From contig DAIRFC010000004.1 in assembly GCA_036795215.1 (NCBI GenBank), positions 4,822 to 68,821 on the forward strand: 64,000 bases of DNA, written 5' to 3'. Both the position numbers and the translations under genes were made by a program. Source of the stretch: Actinomycetota bacterium (GTDB taxonomy: Bacteria > Actinomycetota > Thermoleophilia > RBG-16-64-13). The notes below the pieces were generated by a model, which did not search any database, was not told the origin of the DNA, and worked only from the letters and a program-made list of their open reading frames with translations. How positions within the stretch are numbered: the stretch's first letter is position 1; each line of letters begins with the position of its first letter. Positions 31,586 through 41,114 of the stretch are shown piece after piece.

Positions 31586-33391
31586 ATGACAGCGCCGGTG
31601 GCCCCGGCGGCCGAACGCGAGTCGGTCAAGAAGCTGTTCACCCGTCTCCATCAGGCGTATCGAGGTCTTCGGCTCTACCCACCCGCTCACCCTTCGGTCC
31701 GCACTGCTCTAGCGGACTTCTCACAGTCGGTGGCCGCCCATCTGGAGACCTGGGGTCCCATCCCGCTGGTGGTCGAGGAGGACCAGATACTCTTCCACGA
31801 CCAGTCGGTCTACTACCACGAGGACACCAGGAACAACCTGGCGTTCATGATGTTCCGCGACGGGATCCGGTTCCTTCTGTTCCAGCCCGGCATCATGCGC
31901 GAAGAGGTGGAGGCCTTCGTGGAGTGCCTCTCGCAGGCCGACGATCTGGCGGACATCGAGTACGACCTGACCACTGCTCTGTGGGAGCGCGATCTCCAGC
32001 ATATCGAGTATGAGGTGATCGATCCGTTTCTCGGCGCCGGCGGCGAGGCTATGCGTAACGACGCTATGACCGATCTGCGTGAGACCGTGGTCCGCCGTTT
32101 GGGTGAGCTCAAACCTGGCACTACCTCCGTGCAGGTAGTCAACCCTCCGGCCGGCGGCGATTCTCAGCCGGGAGGTAGGATCGTCGGGATAGGCGAAGAT
32201 GGTGCGAAGGGTGAGGAGCAGGGTGACGCCTCCCCACACTATGAGGAGGAAGACACCGGCGAGGACGACCAGGCTGAGGCCGGGAACGTGCTCGACACTG
32301 CTCTCATCACTCTCACCGACGAAGAGATCGAGCAAGGGGAGCAGGCTGTCGCCGAGCTCGCACAGACCACGCTGTCGGACTTCGCGGTGGTGGTGCTTGA
32401 GATCGCGGGCAATCCGGACGATCCACCGGGGGGAGAGGACGTGCTGGCCCGCTCCATCGGCCTCGTGGTCGAACAGTATCTCGACACGCTCGATGTGGAT
32501 GGTCTCGCCCTCGTGGTAGACCGTCTTCAGAGTCTGCGTGATCAGGGACGTAGGTCATCGGACTTCGGGCGCCTTGCTTTCGGTCGGGCTATGAGCGCCG
32601 AGCGCCTTACCCGGTTGATCGACCACGGCAACCAGAAATCCGCGGATGAGACTGCTCGGGTAGAGGGGCTTCTTGCCCGAATACGCGAATGGATATACCC
32701 CGGCCTGCTGGATGCCCTCGCGGAAAGCGCGGACAAAGGGGTGCGAAAGACCGTGCTGGCTCTGCTGAACATGGAAGGCGGGGTGCCGGCGCGCTACCTC
32801 TGGCCTCTCATGGACGATGCACGGTGGTTCGTGGTCCGCAACGCGGTGCAGCTGGCCACGCGTTCGGGCGACCCGGAGCTTGTGGGCCATCTCAGCCGGT
32901 TGCTCTCTCACCCCGACGCCCGGGTCCGGCGGGAAGTCGTACGCAGTCTGGACACGGTGGGCGGCAGCCAAGCGGCGGCACTGTTGGCCAAGGCTCTGGC
33001 CGACGATGACTCTTCAGTGCGGACTCTCACGGCGTACGCACTGGCGCGCCATGGCAACCGCGGCCAGGCCGCTGCTCTTGAAGCGCAGGTGGGGTCCCGC
33101 GACCTGGACGGCCGTTCGTCTGAGGAAGTGAACGCTCTCCTCTTTGCCTACGCGAGTCTGGGCGGAGAGACCACGGTGGAAGTCCTCAACAAGATGTGGA
33201 AGCGCCGGTTGTTCGGCACCCGTTCCATGACGGTCCGGATGGCGGCGGTACAGGCCCTGGCCGCCGTGGACACACCGGCTGCCCGGGCGGCGTTGGAGTC
33301 GGCCGCCAAGACGGGAGACGCTCAGTTGCAGAGGGTGGCTGCGCGCGCTCTGAATGCGGTGCGGACCGGTGCAAAGGGGGTGGGGGCGTGA
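31586..33391 (+). CDS. hypothetical protein with C-terminal HEAT (PBS-lyase-type) repeats
   Basis: C-terminal roughly 200 aa has repeated ..D..VR..A..AL..G motifs. Acidic low-complexity linker around residues 200-260. N-terminal roughly 190 aa unassigned. Start at ATG 31586 (AGAGG RBS). Confidence 0.6.
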   Translation: MTAPVAPAAERESVKKLFTRLHQAYRGLRLYPPAHPSVRTALADFSQSVAAHLETWGPIPLVVEEDQILFHDQSVYYHEDTRNNLAFMMFRDGIRFLLFQPGIMREEVEAFVECLSQADDLADIEYDLTTALWERDLQHIEYEVIDPFLGAGGEAMRNDAMTDLRETVVRRLGELKPGTTSVQVVNPPAGGDSQPGGRIVGIGEDGAKGEEQGDASPHYEEEDTGEDDQAEAGNVLDTALITLTDEEIEQGEQAVAELAQTTLSDFAVVVLEIAGNPDDPPGGEDVLARSIGLVVEQYLDTLDVDGLALVVDRLQSLRDQGRRSSDFGRLAFGRAMSAERLTRLIDHGNQKSADETARVEGLLARIREWIYPGLLDALAESADKGVRKTVLALLNMEGGVPARYLWPLMDDARWFVVRNAVQLATRSGDPELVGHLSRLLSHPDARVRREVVRSLDTVGGSQAAALLAKALADDDSSVRTLTAYALARHGNRGQAAALEAQVGSRDLDGRSSEEVNALLFAYASLGGETTVEVLNKMWKRRLFGTRSMTVRMAAVQALAAVDTPAARAALESAAKTGDAQLQRVAARALNAVRTGAKGVGA

Positions 33392-34794
33392 ACACCGCGC
33401 CCGAACAACAGACCAGCGCGCGGCAGCAGCAGGCGCTGGTCTTGGCGCTCGCCTCGGCCGTGCGCACCGCCGGCTACTACGACGAGGGCAACGTCGTGAT
33501 GCAACAAGTGTGCGCGGCGCTGAACTCGATGCTCGGGCGACATGTTGGCGAGGACGGGGTGACCAAGATCTCGGCCTATAGCCATTCCATCTACATCAAT
33601 TCCAGCCGGGTGCCGAATTCTGTCAGCACATACGAGCGGTTCAGCTATCTCATCGAGTCGTTCGAGACCTGGAGGATCGTCTCGCTGTCTTTCTTGCCTG
33701 GACTCACCGAGGAAGAGCTGATGAAGTCCCTGGTACTTCTGGCCGGCGTCCAGCCGGACGAAGCTCTAGAGCTCGAGAAGATGCTTCGCGCTGCCGGCGT
33801 GGAACGCGTCACCGTAGAGCGGGGCGTGCCCGGGCAGACCGCACGGGCGACCGCCGTGACGCCCGTGGTCGCGTACACCGCGGCCATGCAACTCAGCACC
33901 GAGCTGGGCCAGATGAGCGGGTCGTTCGAGACGGGTGTCATCCGGCGTGTGCGCCATGTGACCCAGGCTGTTGTAGACCAGATCATGCGCGACCCGACGT
34001 CTTTGCTGTCTCTCACCACCATCAAAGACTACGACCGGTACCTGGTGCTGCACTCCACCAATGTGGCGGTACTCTCAACCTTGCTCGGGCGGCGTCTGGG
34101 CTTGGACAAGCCGAAGCTGGGCGAGCTTTGCCTGGCCGGCTTCTTGCACGACGCGGGCAAGCTGGGCGTCGATCCGGACGTGCTCAACAAGCCCGGTGCC
34201 CTGGATGACAAGGAGTGGAAGGAGATGCGGCGGCATCCGGTGCTCGCAGCCTACACTCTCCTTGGTGGCCAGCGTCTCAACCCCTCCAACATGCGCGCGG
34301 TGGTGGTGGCCTTCGAGCATCATCTCAACTACGACCTTTCGGGCTACCCCCGCGTGGAGCTCCGCGACAGGCTGTCGCTCTTCGGCAGTATCGTGGCGAT
34401 AGCCGATGTCTTTGACGCGCTCACCACAGCCCGCGTATACCGCAAGGTGAATCCCACGCCTCCCGAGGCCATCTCTGTTCTCATCAAAGAGCGGGGCACG
34501 AGCTTCAATGCGACCTTGGTGAAGCTCTTTGTGGAGGTGATGGGCATATATCCCGTGGGAACAGTGGTGGCGCTCACCGGCAAACAAGCGGGGGTAGTGT
34601 GCCAGCCACCGGCCATCGGCACACCGGTCGATCGTCCGCGGGTGCGAGTGGTGGTCGGAGAAGACTCGGGCAAGATCGTCGACCTGAACCGGCGGGTCGG
34701 GGGTAAGTATCTGCGCAGCGTGGTGGCCGTGCTCAATCCCAGTAACGCAGGTCAGATCCCCGCGGTCGATCCGGCGACCCTGGCCACCTTCTAG
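33388..34794 (+). CDS. HD-GYP domain phosphodiesterase-like protein (probable c-di-GMP hydrolase) with uncharacterised N-terminal domain
   Basis: HD motif (GFLHDAGKL), downstream HH..GYP motif (EHHLNYDLSGYP) and D..D pair. GTG start overlaps the upstream stop as GTGA. Confidence 0.75.
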   Translation: MNTAPEQQTSARQQQALVLALASAVRTAGYYDEGNVVMQQVCAALNSMLGRHVGEDGVTKISAYSHSIYINSSRVPNSVSTYERFSYLIESFETWRIVSLSFLPGLTEEELMKSLVLLAGVQPDEALELEKMLRAAGVERVTVERGVPGQTARATAVTPVVAYTAAMQLSTELGQMSGSFETGVIRRVRHVTQAVVDQIMRDPTSLLSLTTIKDYDRYLVLHSTNVAVLSTLLGRRLGLDKPKLGELCLAGFLHDAGKLGVDPDVLNKPGALDDKEWKEMRRHPVLAAYTLLGGQRLNPSNMRAVVVAFEHHLNYDLSGYPRVELRDRLSLFGSIVAIADVFDALTTARVYRKVNPTPPEAISVLIKERGTSFNATLVKLFVEVMGIYPVGTVVALTGKQAGVVCQPPAIGTPVDRPRVRVVVGEDSGKIVDLNRRVGGKYLRSVVAVLNPSNAGQIPAVDPATLATF

Positions 34795-34829
34795 ATGTGG
34801 CCGTCGCTCGCTCCCGGCGGGCGTTACAG

Positions 34830-35206
34830 CTAGCGGCGCTTCTTGTCTCCTACGAACAAGGACACGATCGTCGAGACCACACTGATGATGAGCGCCCCAA
34901 GAAACGCGCTCCAGAAGCCGTCCACGTGGAACTCGAGACCGATCAAGTCCACCGTGATCCAGGAGGCCAGCCATAGCATCAGACCGTTGATGACCAGCGT
35001 GAAGAGCCCCAGCGTAAGGACGATGAGCCCGCACGAGAAGGCGCGGATGACCGGCCGTATGAAGGCGTTGATCAAGCCGAGAACCAGAGCGACCAGCAGC
35101 ACCGTCCATATGCGGTGAGGCTCGTTGACGTAGATACCCGGAACGAGCCATGCCGCCACTGCCACGGCGGCGGCCGTGATGCCCCAACGGGTGATGAACT
35201 TGGTCA
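34830..35206 (-). CDS. DUF360 (phage-holin-4_2-like) family membrane protein
   Basis: GTG start with AAGGAGG RBS gives (M)TKFITRWGITAAAVAVAAWLVPGI.., the DUF360 N-terminal signature. Four TM helices. Confidence 0.6.
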
Positions 35207-35341
35207 CGGTCCTCCTTGTCGCATACGGCTGGGAACGAGCCCGGGCCGGGCGTTGGGCCGGGCGCAGAGGGCAGACTAGCATGCGCATACGGCCGCCGGT
35301 AGTATGGCGCGGGGGACCGGCTGCCCGCAGATCCGGGGCAG

Positions 35342-36628
35342 GTGGCTGAGGCGACACCATGGCGGAAAGGATCCGGAAGAGGCGTGAAAAGGGCTGAGAC
35401 GGCATCATCTCCGAGCGGGCGGCCGCGGAGCGCCGACACGCTGGCGTTCGCTCTGATGCTCTTCTATCTCCTCTCGACGCTCGCCCTAGCTCTCATGGCC
35501 GTGGTCACCACCGAGCTTCAGCAGAGGTTCGCTCTTTCTGGGTCGCAGCTTGGGCTGCTGACCTCCGTTTTCATGTTCGCCTACGGAGCCATCGGGATCC
35601 CGGCGGGGACCATGGCGGCTCGTTGGGGAGGCCGGGTGCTCGCGGTGAGCGGCGTGTTGCTCGTGGCGGGCTCCCTGGTCTTCGGTCTGAGTTCGTCGTA
35701 CGGCGGTTTTTTGATCGGACGCATCCTGCAAGGTCTGGGTGGCGGGATGGTGCTACCGGTCAGCAGTCCGGTGATAGCGCGGAATCTCGTGCCGGAGGCG
35801 CGCAACAGAGGGTGGGGTATCTTCGCCATCGGCAAGGGACTGGGGGCGCTTGTAGCTCTACTGCTGATGCCCAGTGTCGCTTCGCTGGGGGGCTTCCGCG
35901 CCGTGTTCTTGACGACCGCGGCGATGGCGCTCGTCATCGGGGTGTTGGTGTTCGCGCAACGGCCGGTCAGGGCGTTGCCGGACGAGGTGTCTGAGCCTCC
36001 CTCAGTACGCGGTCTGGCGCGTACGCTGGGCGCTGTCTCTCTCAACAGGAGGGTGTTGCTCCTGGGTCTGTTCAACGCGGCCTCGCTGGCGGTCGGGACG
36101 GGTGTGTTGACCTGGAGCCCCGACTTCCTTCAAGGTGAGTACGGTTCGAACGCAGGTGTGGCGGCCTATCTCACGGCGGGACTGGCTGTGGCCCAGGTGA
36201 TCGGAGCGCCGACCGGCGCGGCAGCCGCGATCCGTTGGGGCAGGATGCCCATCATCACCGGGTCGATGGTCGCCATGTCGGTGGTTACCGGCTTGGTCCC
36301 CGTGGCGTCCGGACGGGTGTTTGTGTTCGTGCTGGTAGCTCTTGTGGGGTTCTTCAGCTTCACCTACTTCTCCCCGCGCTTCGCCATGATCCCGGAGGTC
36401 GTGGCCAGGCCCGAGCAGGTGGGGCCCGCCTCGGGACTCATCAACCTCTTGGGTTTCGGGATAGCGACCTTGGCTCCGTGGTTGTTCGGTTTGGCTCTGG
36501 ACGGTGGGGCCGGCTATGGGGCGGGCTATCTGATCCTGGGGGCGTTCGGCATGGCGGGGGCTGTCGGATCGCTTTTCTTCAGGGTGTCCGGACGGTCGGA
36601 AACCGGAGAGGCGGGCGGCCGAGGCTGA
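35342..36628 (+). CDS. MFS transporter
   Basis: Twelve predicted TM helices. MFS motif A-like G.ILQGLGGG. Start codon uncertain (GTG 35342 or in-frame downstream starts). Confidence 0.7.
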   Translation: MAEATPWRKGSGRGVKRAETASSPSGRPRSADTLAFALMLFYLLSTLALALMAVVTTELQQRFALSGSQLGLLTSVFMFAYGAIGIPAGTMAARWGGRVLAVSGVLLVAGSLVFGLSSSYGGFLIGRILQGLGGGMVLPVSSPVIARNLVPEARNRGWGIFAIGKGLGALVALLLMPSVASLGGFRAVFLTTAAMALVIGVLVFAQRPVRALPDEVSEPPSVRGLARTLGAVSLNRRVLLLGLFNAASLAVGTGVLTWSPDFLQGEYGSNAGVAAYLTAGLAVAQVIGAPTGAAAAIRWGRMPIITGSMVAMSVVTGLVPVASGRVFVFVLVALVGFFSFTYFSPRFAMIPEVVARPEQVGPASGLINLLGFGIATLAPWLFGLALDGGAGYGAGYLILGAFGMAGAVGSLFFRVSGRSETGEAGGRG

Positions 36629-36652
36629 CTTGCACTCGGATCGAGCCCGGGG

Positions 36653-37537
36653 TCAGGATCCCGTCGTCCCCAACGGGTCAGCCGGCGCGCTCGCCCTCTC
36701 GACGAGGCTGTCGAGCTTGAAGCGAGCGACGCGCGGTGCCTCCAGAGACTCCCATCGACCTGCGGCGCCCAGCGAGCGGGCGCCGACCTCGAAGTGCAAC
36801 ATGGCTATGCCGCAGTCGAGCCTGCGCGAGATGCCGCTTTCGGGCCCGCTCTCCGTCGTCCAGACAACCACGGCGCCGGGCTCGAACGCGAAGCGCCAGG
36901 GCTGCCTGTTGACCGCGGAGGGAGAGATCCTGACGAGCTGCAGGCCCTTCATGGCCCAGGCCGGCCACGTCTCTAGGTCGGACCCTGGGGCGAGCTCTTC
37001 CAGAGGTTTGCGACCATGCGCCCTCATCGCACGTTTGAACAGGCGGTCTCGCGCAGGCGGCCGGACGGCCGCGTGGCCAAGGGGAGAAACGGCCAGGACG
37101 CGCTCCCCCTTGTCGAGTGTCACGAGGTGTGCCGCAACGTGGCGGTCGAAAAAACCTGCCACCCAGCAGGTCGCCAGTCCCAGCGAGGTCGCCTCGAGGA
37201 TGACGGCCTCGCCGAGGTACCCCACGCTCTCTTGAACAGCCGGATGATTCTCGGCGCCCACGAAGACGAGGGCGGCTGGTGCTCCCCGCACCCGGCCATA
37301 GCTACCCACGATGCCTGTGAAGAGCCCGTCCGGCAGTGTGCGGATCACGACGACCCGGGCCACTTCACTGGCGGGCAGGCCGGTGCAGAACGATTCCAGA
37401 CGATCGAGCAACGCCGGGTCGACGGGTGTCCCATCGAGCGTCCGGCTGGAGTGCCGCGCCGTGATGGCGGCGGTCCACTCCTCAACGGGCATCTCGGCAA
37501 GCGCTGCCGGGAAGCCCGGGCTCTCGGAGGCGATCAT
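36653..37537 (-). CDS. nitroreductase-family protein (extended, 294 aa)
   Basis: Nitroreductase-like core (..RHSSR..; ..GLATCWVAG..) with a C-terminal extension. GGAG RBS. Directly downstream of the flavin reductase gene. Confidence 0.6.
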   Translation of the reverse strand: MIASESPGFPAALAEMPVEEWTAAITARHSSRTLDGTPVDPALLDRLESFCTGLPASEVARVVVIRTLPDGLFTGIVGSYGRVRGAPAALVFVGAENHPAVQESVGYLGEAVILEATSLGLATCWVAGFFDRHVAAHLVTLDKGERVLAVSPLGHAAVRPPARDRLFKRAMRAHGRKPLEELAPGSDLETWPAWAMKGLQLVRISPSAVNRQPWRFAFEPGAVVVWTTESGPESGISRRLDCGIAMLHFEVGARSLGAAGRWESLEAPRVARFKLDSLVERASAPADPLGTTGS

Positions 37538-37550
37538 GTTCTCCTCGGTG

Positions 37551-38123
37551 TCATTGCTCGGACTTGATGAGCGCCCTGCCTATGCTCCAAGCATCGCCCA
37601 CGCGCTCGCCCAGCGACCAATAGCTGTTGTCCGGCATGGTGAGGACGAACGGCCGCAGTTTGGTGACGTCTATCTGGCCGTCGGTCATGATGGCCTCAGT
37701 GGCGTATACGCCGGCCACCTCGCCGATGAAGAGATAGTCCTTGGGGAGTTCCACAGTCTGGACGAGACGGCACTCGGCGGTGAGGGGGCATTCCCTGACC
37801 ATGGGGGCCGATTCGAGGGAGCCCCGGAAGATATCGACGTGAGCCGATTTGTCCACCTGATACCCGTGGACGAGGCCGCAGTAGTCTACGAGTTCCGCCT
37901 GGTCGACGCTGGGCACGTTCACGCTGAATTGGCGGGTCTGCTGTATGCCCTTCGCGGTATGTTGCTTGAGGCCCATCGAGACGGCTATGAGCGGAGGCTC
38001 GGTATTCACCCTGGTTACCCAGGCGGCGGTCATGAAGTTCGGCTTGCCGTCGGTGGTGGTACCGACCATGACCACCGGCATGGGATAGACGTTGAAGTTC
38101 TTTCCGATGTTCTTCTTAGCCAT
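37551..38123 (-). CDS. flavin reductase-like FMN-binding domain protein
   Basis: YPMPVVMVGT..NFMTAAW.. split-barrel flavin reductase signature. GGGAGGGA RBS. Confidence 0.75.
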   Translation of the reverse strand: MAKKNIGKNFNVYPMPVVMVGTTTDGKPNFMTAAWVTRVNTEPPLIAVSMGLKQHTAKGIQQTRQFSVNVPSVDQAELVDYCGLVHGYQVDKSAHVDIFRGSLESAPMVRECPLTAECRLVQTVELPKDYLFIGEVAGVYATEAIMTDGQIDVTKLRPFVLTMPDNSYWSLGERVGDAWSIGRALIKSEQ

Positions 38124-38140
38124 CGTCCCTCCCTACGGGT

Positions 38141-38821
38141 CTATGAGTCGAGCACGATCTCACCGTCGAGACCGATCATCACGGTGCGGACGGGAACATC
38201 CACCCCCGAGCATGCGACGGCCTCCTCGACCAGCCGGCTCAATCCCCCGCAGCAGGGCACGGTCATGCGGGCGATGGTGATGGACTTGGGACGATTGGCC
38301 GCTATCAGGTCGACCAGCTTCTTGAGATAGGGACCGGTATCGTCCAACTTGGGGCAGGCGACCACGATCTTGCGGTCCCTCAATAGGTCGGCGTGAAAGC
38401 TCCCCCGGGCGAACGCGGTACAGTCGGCCGCCACCAAGAGGTCGGCCTCCTGGAAGTACGGAGCCTCGGGCGAGATGAGATGTAGTTGCACCGGCCACTG
38501 TGTGAGTTCCGAGGGCGCAGGCGCGGATGACGCCCCAGGGCCCTGGTGCACCGCGGCGGCCGCCTCGGCTCCCCGGGTGTGCACGACATGCTCGCGTGCG
38601 GCCTCGCAGTCGTACTCCTCGCCCTCGCGCTCGACGATAGTGAGGGCGCCTGTCGGGCACACGTCGAGGCAGACCCCCATGCCATCGCAATACAAGTCTC
38701 GCACCAAAACGGCCTTACCTTCTTCGTCCAAGGCCAGTGCTCCCTCGGCGCAGGCAGTGGTGCAAAGACCACAGCCGTCGCACAGGTCGCGATCTATCTG
38801 GATGATTTTTCTGATGCCCAT
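38141..38821 (-). CDS. 4Fe-4S dicluster protein with additional C-terminal Cys-rich domain
   Basis: Internal ATG 38821. CDGCGLCTTACAEGA and CDGMGVCLDVCPTGA ferredoxin motifs, plus a C-terminal CPKLDD...VPCCGG region. Confidence 0.6.
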   Translation of the reverse strand: MGIRKIIQIDRDLCDGCGLCTTACAEGALALDEEGKAVLVRDLYCDGMGVCLDVCPTGALTIVEREGEEYDCEAAREHVVHTRGAEAAAAVHQGPGASSAPAPSELTQWPVQLHLISPEAPYFQEADLLVAADCTAFARGSFHADLLRDRKIVVACPKLDDTGPYLKKLVDLIAANRPKSITIARMTVPCCGGLSRLVEEAVACSGVDVPVRTVMIGLDGEIVLDS

Positions 38822-38931
38822 CGACGGCTCTGGCCTCCTCTTGTGGTCACGGCTCCGGTCTAGGGCGGTTATCGCCCCGGATGCGGCTAGTTGAAACACT
38901 CTCGAGGTGCGACCGGCGGTATAGTGTGGCG

Positions 38932-39879
38932 ATGACATCCGAGCCTCTAGCCAAAGTCTTGGACGATGCCCTCACCCCGGCCGGTTACCGTCACAAAACC
39001 GCGCCGGTGGGTATCGCGCAACAGCTTGCCTCCGATATGGAGGAGTTGCGCGATAAGGGCTTGCTCAGCAACGACTACTGGCAGAGGTATGGGCGGGCGT
39101 TTCGGTTCGATCCTCCCCCTGAGGTCCCCGAACCGCGCACCCTCATCGTGGTCGCCTGGGCATCTCCGGCCGTAAAGGTCGTCTTCCACACAGATGCGGG
39201 CCCGCTGGAGACGGTGTTGCCTCCCACCTATTTCTCGCAGGCCGGTCAGGCGCGTTGTCTGGAGATCTTGCGGGAGGTTCTCGGAGGGGCCGGTCACTCG
39301 GTGGCGCGCGTGCGGGCTCCCAACAAGCTCTTGGCGGTCCGCACCGGCCTCGCCCGGTATGGGCGGAACAACCTGGCCTACGTGGACAACATGGGTACCT
39401 ACGCCCGGCTGGACGTCTACTGCACCGACGCCGATCTGCAGGCTCGGGAGCCCGACGCCAAGAGGAACATGATGCTGAGTACGTGCTCGTCTTGTCATGC
39501 CTGCCACTTCAGCTGTCCGACAGGCGCGATACCGTATGACGGTACGGTCATCGACGCTCTGCGTTGCCTCACCCATCTGAACGAGAACGAAGGCCCGTGG
39601 CCCGATTGGGTGGATCCTCAAGACCACAACGGCTTACTGGGCTGCATGCGCTGCCAGGAGACGTGCCCGGCCAACAGGAGCTTCTTGCGGTTGAAGGCCG
39701 TGGTGGCCGAGTTCGACAGGGATGAGACCGCGATCATTCTCGAGGGCCGCACGCCTGAATGTCTGCCGGCCGGCCTGCGGGCCAAGCTCGACCGCATCGA
39801 TCTGGGCAACGACTCAGTCATCCTGGGCAGGAACCTTCGTGCGCTGTGCGATGCCGCAAGGCCGGTCTTGCCTGCGTGA
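38932..39879 (+). CDS. QueG/reductive-dehalogenase-like 4Fe-4S protein (family uncertain)
   Basis: C-terminal CSSCHACHFSCPTGA ... CMRCQETCPAN two-cluster arrangement, as in epoxyqueuosine-reductase / RdhA-type C-termini. Start could also be ATG 38881. Confidence 0.5.
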   Translation: MTSEPLAKVLDDALTPAGYRHKTAPVGIAQQLASDMEELRDKGLLSNDYWQRYGRAFRFDPPPEVPEPRTLIVVAWASPAVKVVFHTDAGPLETVLPPTYFSQAGQARCLEILREVLGGAGHSVARVRAPNKLLAVRTGLARYGRNNLAYVDNMGTYARLDVYCTDADLQAREPDAKRNMMLSTCSSCHACHFSCPTGAIPYDGTVIDALRCLTHLNENEGPWPDWVDPQDHNGLLGCMRCQETCPANRSFLRLKAVVAEFDRDETAIILEGRTPECLPAGLRAKLDRIDLGNDSVILGRNLRALCDAARPVLPA

Positions 39880-39912
39880 GATCCGTTATCCGGCCGGCCC
39901 GGCACGGACCTC

Positions 39913-39941
39913 TTGACTTGCCCATCCGCATCATGTATATA
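39913..39941 (+). promoter_or_regulatory. AT-rich sigma-70-like promoter driving a leaderless arsR-hdr operon
   Basis: TTGACT at 39913-39918, 17-nt spacer, TATATA at 39936-39941. The arsR ATG at 39949 is about 7 nt after the -10 element, implying a leaderless transcript. Only strongly AT-rich patch for kilobases. Confidence 0.5.
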
Positions 39942-39948
39942 AGTAATC

Positions 39949-40332
39949 ATGCAAATAAAGGATAAAAGCGCGACCGATGCTCCATCGTCCATGCCGGGCG
40001 ACATGCGCCCGCTGTTCGTGCTTCACGCAGAGATGTGCCAGGCTTTGGCGAACGAGCATCGCGTGGCCATCATCTACGCTCTCAAGGATGGGGAGAAATG
40101 CGTCGGCGAGTTGGCTGCGGAGCTGGGCATATCTGTGCACAACGTGTCGCAGCATCTCCGAGTCCTCCGTCAGCGTTCGTGCGTGCGCGCGCGCAAGGAG
40201 GGACAGACGGTCTACTACTCCATCACCAATCCCAAGTTCATGCAGGCCTGCGCGTTGATCCGCGAGGCCTTACTCGAAGAGCACCGGGCCGAAGAGGAAT
40301 CTCTCCGCGCCGCCGGGCTCGCGGACCTGTAG
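39949..40332 (+). CDS. arsR: ArsR/SmtB-family transcriptional regulator
   Basis: Winged-HTH of the ArsR family (..ALANEHRVAIIYAL..GEKCVGELAAELGISVHNVSQHLRVLR..). Confidence 0.8.
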   Translation: MQIKDKSATDAPSSMPGDMRPLFVLHAEMCQALANEHRVAIIYALKDGEKCVGELAAELGISVHNVSQHLRVLRQRSCVRARKEGQTVYYSITNPKFMQACALIREALLEEHRAEEESLRAAGLADL

Positions 40333-40362
40333 AGAATCACCCATCGAGAGGAAGAAGACAGG

Positions 40363-40638
40363 ATGCATACAGCAGACGGCGGTGGTGGACCGGTGGACCT
40401 CAGTTCGCTACACGGAGACAAGGTGGTGGATGCGAGGGGTACCTCGTGCCCCGGACCTATCCTAGCGGCCAAGAAGGGCATGCCCGAGGTGAAAGTGGGC
40501 GAGATCATGGAAGTGCTGTCCACCGACTTGGGGACGCAGAAAGACCTCCCGGCCTGGGCCAAGAAGATGGGCCATGAGTACCTCGGCTTCGTGGATGATG
40601 CGGGCTACGCGAGGCTGTTCGTCAGACGGTTGAAGTAG
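40363..40638 (+). CDS. tusA: TusA-like sulfurtransferase
   Basis: CPxP active-site motif (GTSCPGP). 91 aa, two-layered alpha/beta TusA fold pattern. GAGAGGAAG RBS. Confidence 0.8.
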   Translation: MHTADGGGGPVDLSSLHGDKVVDARGTSCPGPILAAKKGMPEVKVGEIMEVLSTDLGTQKDLPAWAKKMGHEYLGFVDDAGYARLFVRRLK

Positions 40639-40655
40639 GCGGCGGAGTACTCCAC

Positions 40656-41114
40656 TTGAGCGAGGGCTTCGTTCCGAAGATATTGGTCTTCTCGACCAAC
40701 AACATCTCCGACCCGGGCATAGATCTGGCCGGCAGTTCGCACATGCACTACTCGCCGGGCGTGGTGGTGATCAGCATCCCGTGTACCAGCGGCATCAAGC
40801 CTGAGTGGGTCTTGTATGCCGTGCAGCAAGGTTTTGACGGGGTGTTCGTCGCCGCCGACGGTGAGGAGTGCGCCTACCTGCCCGACTGTAGCGAGCGTAC
40901 GGCGAAGATCATGTCAGACGCGCAGGCGCTGCTCCAAGAGCGAGGTCTCGAGCCCCGGCGGGTGAAGATGGCGGCTGTCTGCTCGGTGTGCGCCGAGCCT
41001 TTCGCCAACTATATGAACGAGTTCTCCAGGGCGCTCACCGACATGGGGCCTTCGGGAGCCGCGGCAGGCGACGCTTCGGGCTCTGCGGGTCTGGACCCTG
41101 GGAGCGCGGCATGA
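40656..41114 (+). CDS. mvhD: MvhD-like (methyl-viologen-reducing hydrogenase delta subunit family) protein, degenerate
   Basis: MvhD family pattern (KILVFSTNNIS..IDLAG..VVVISIPCTSGI..GFDGVFVAA..EEC.YL), but the usual N-terminal CxWC pair is replaced by STNNIS. TTG start. Stop overlaps the next ATG (ATGA). Confidence 0.65.
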   Translation: MSEGFVPKILVFSTNNISDPGIDLAGSSHMHYSPGVVVISIPCTSGIKPEWVLYAVQQGFDGVFVAADGEECAYLPDCSERTAKIMSDAQALLQERGLEPRRVKMAAVCSVCAEPFANYMNEFSRALTDMGPSGAAAGDASGSAGLDPGSAA

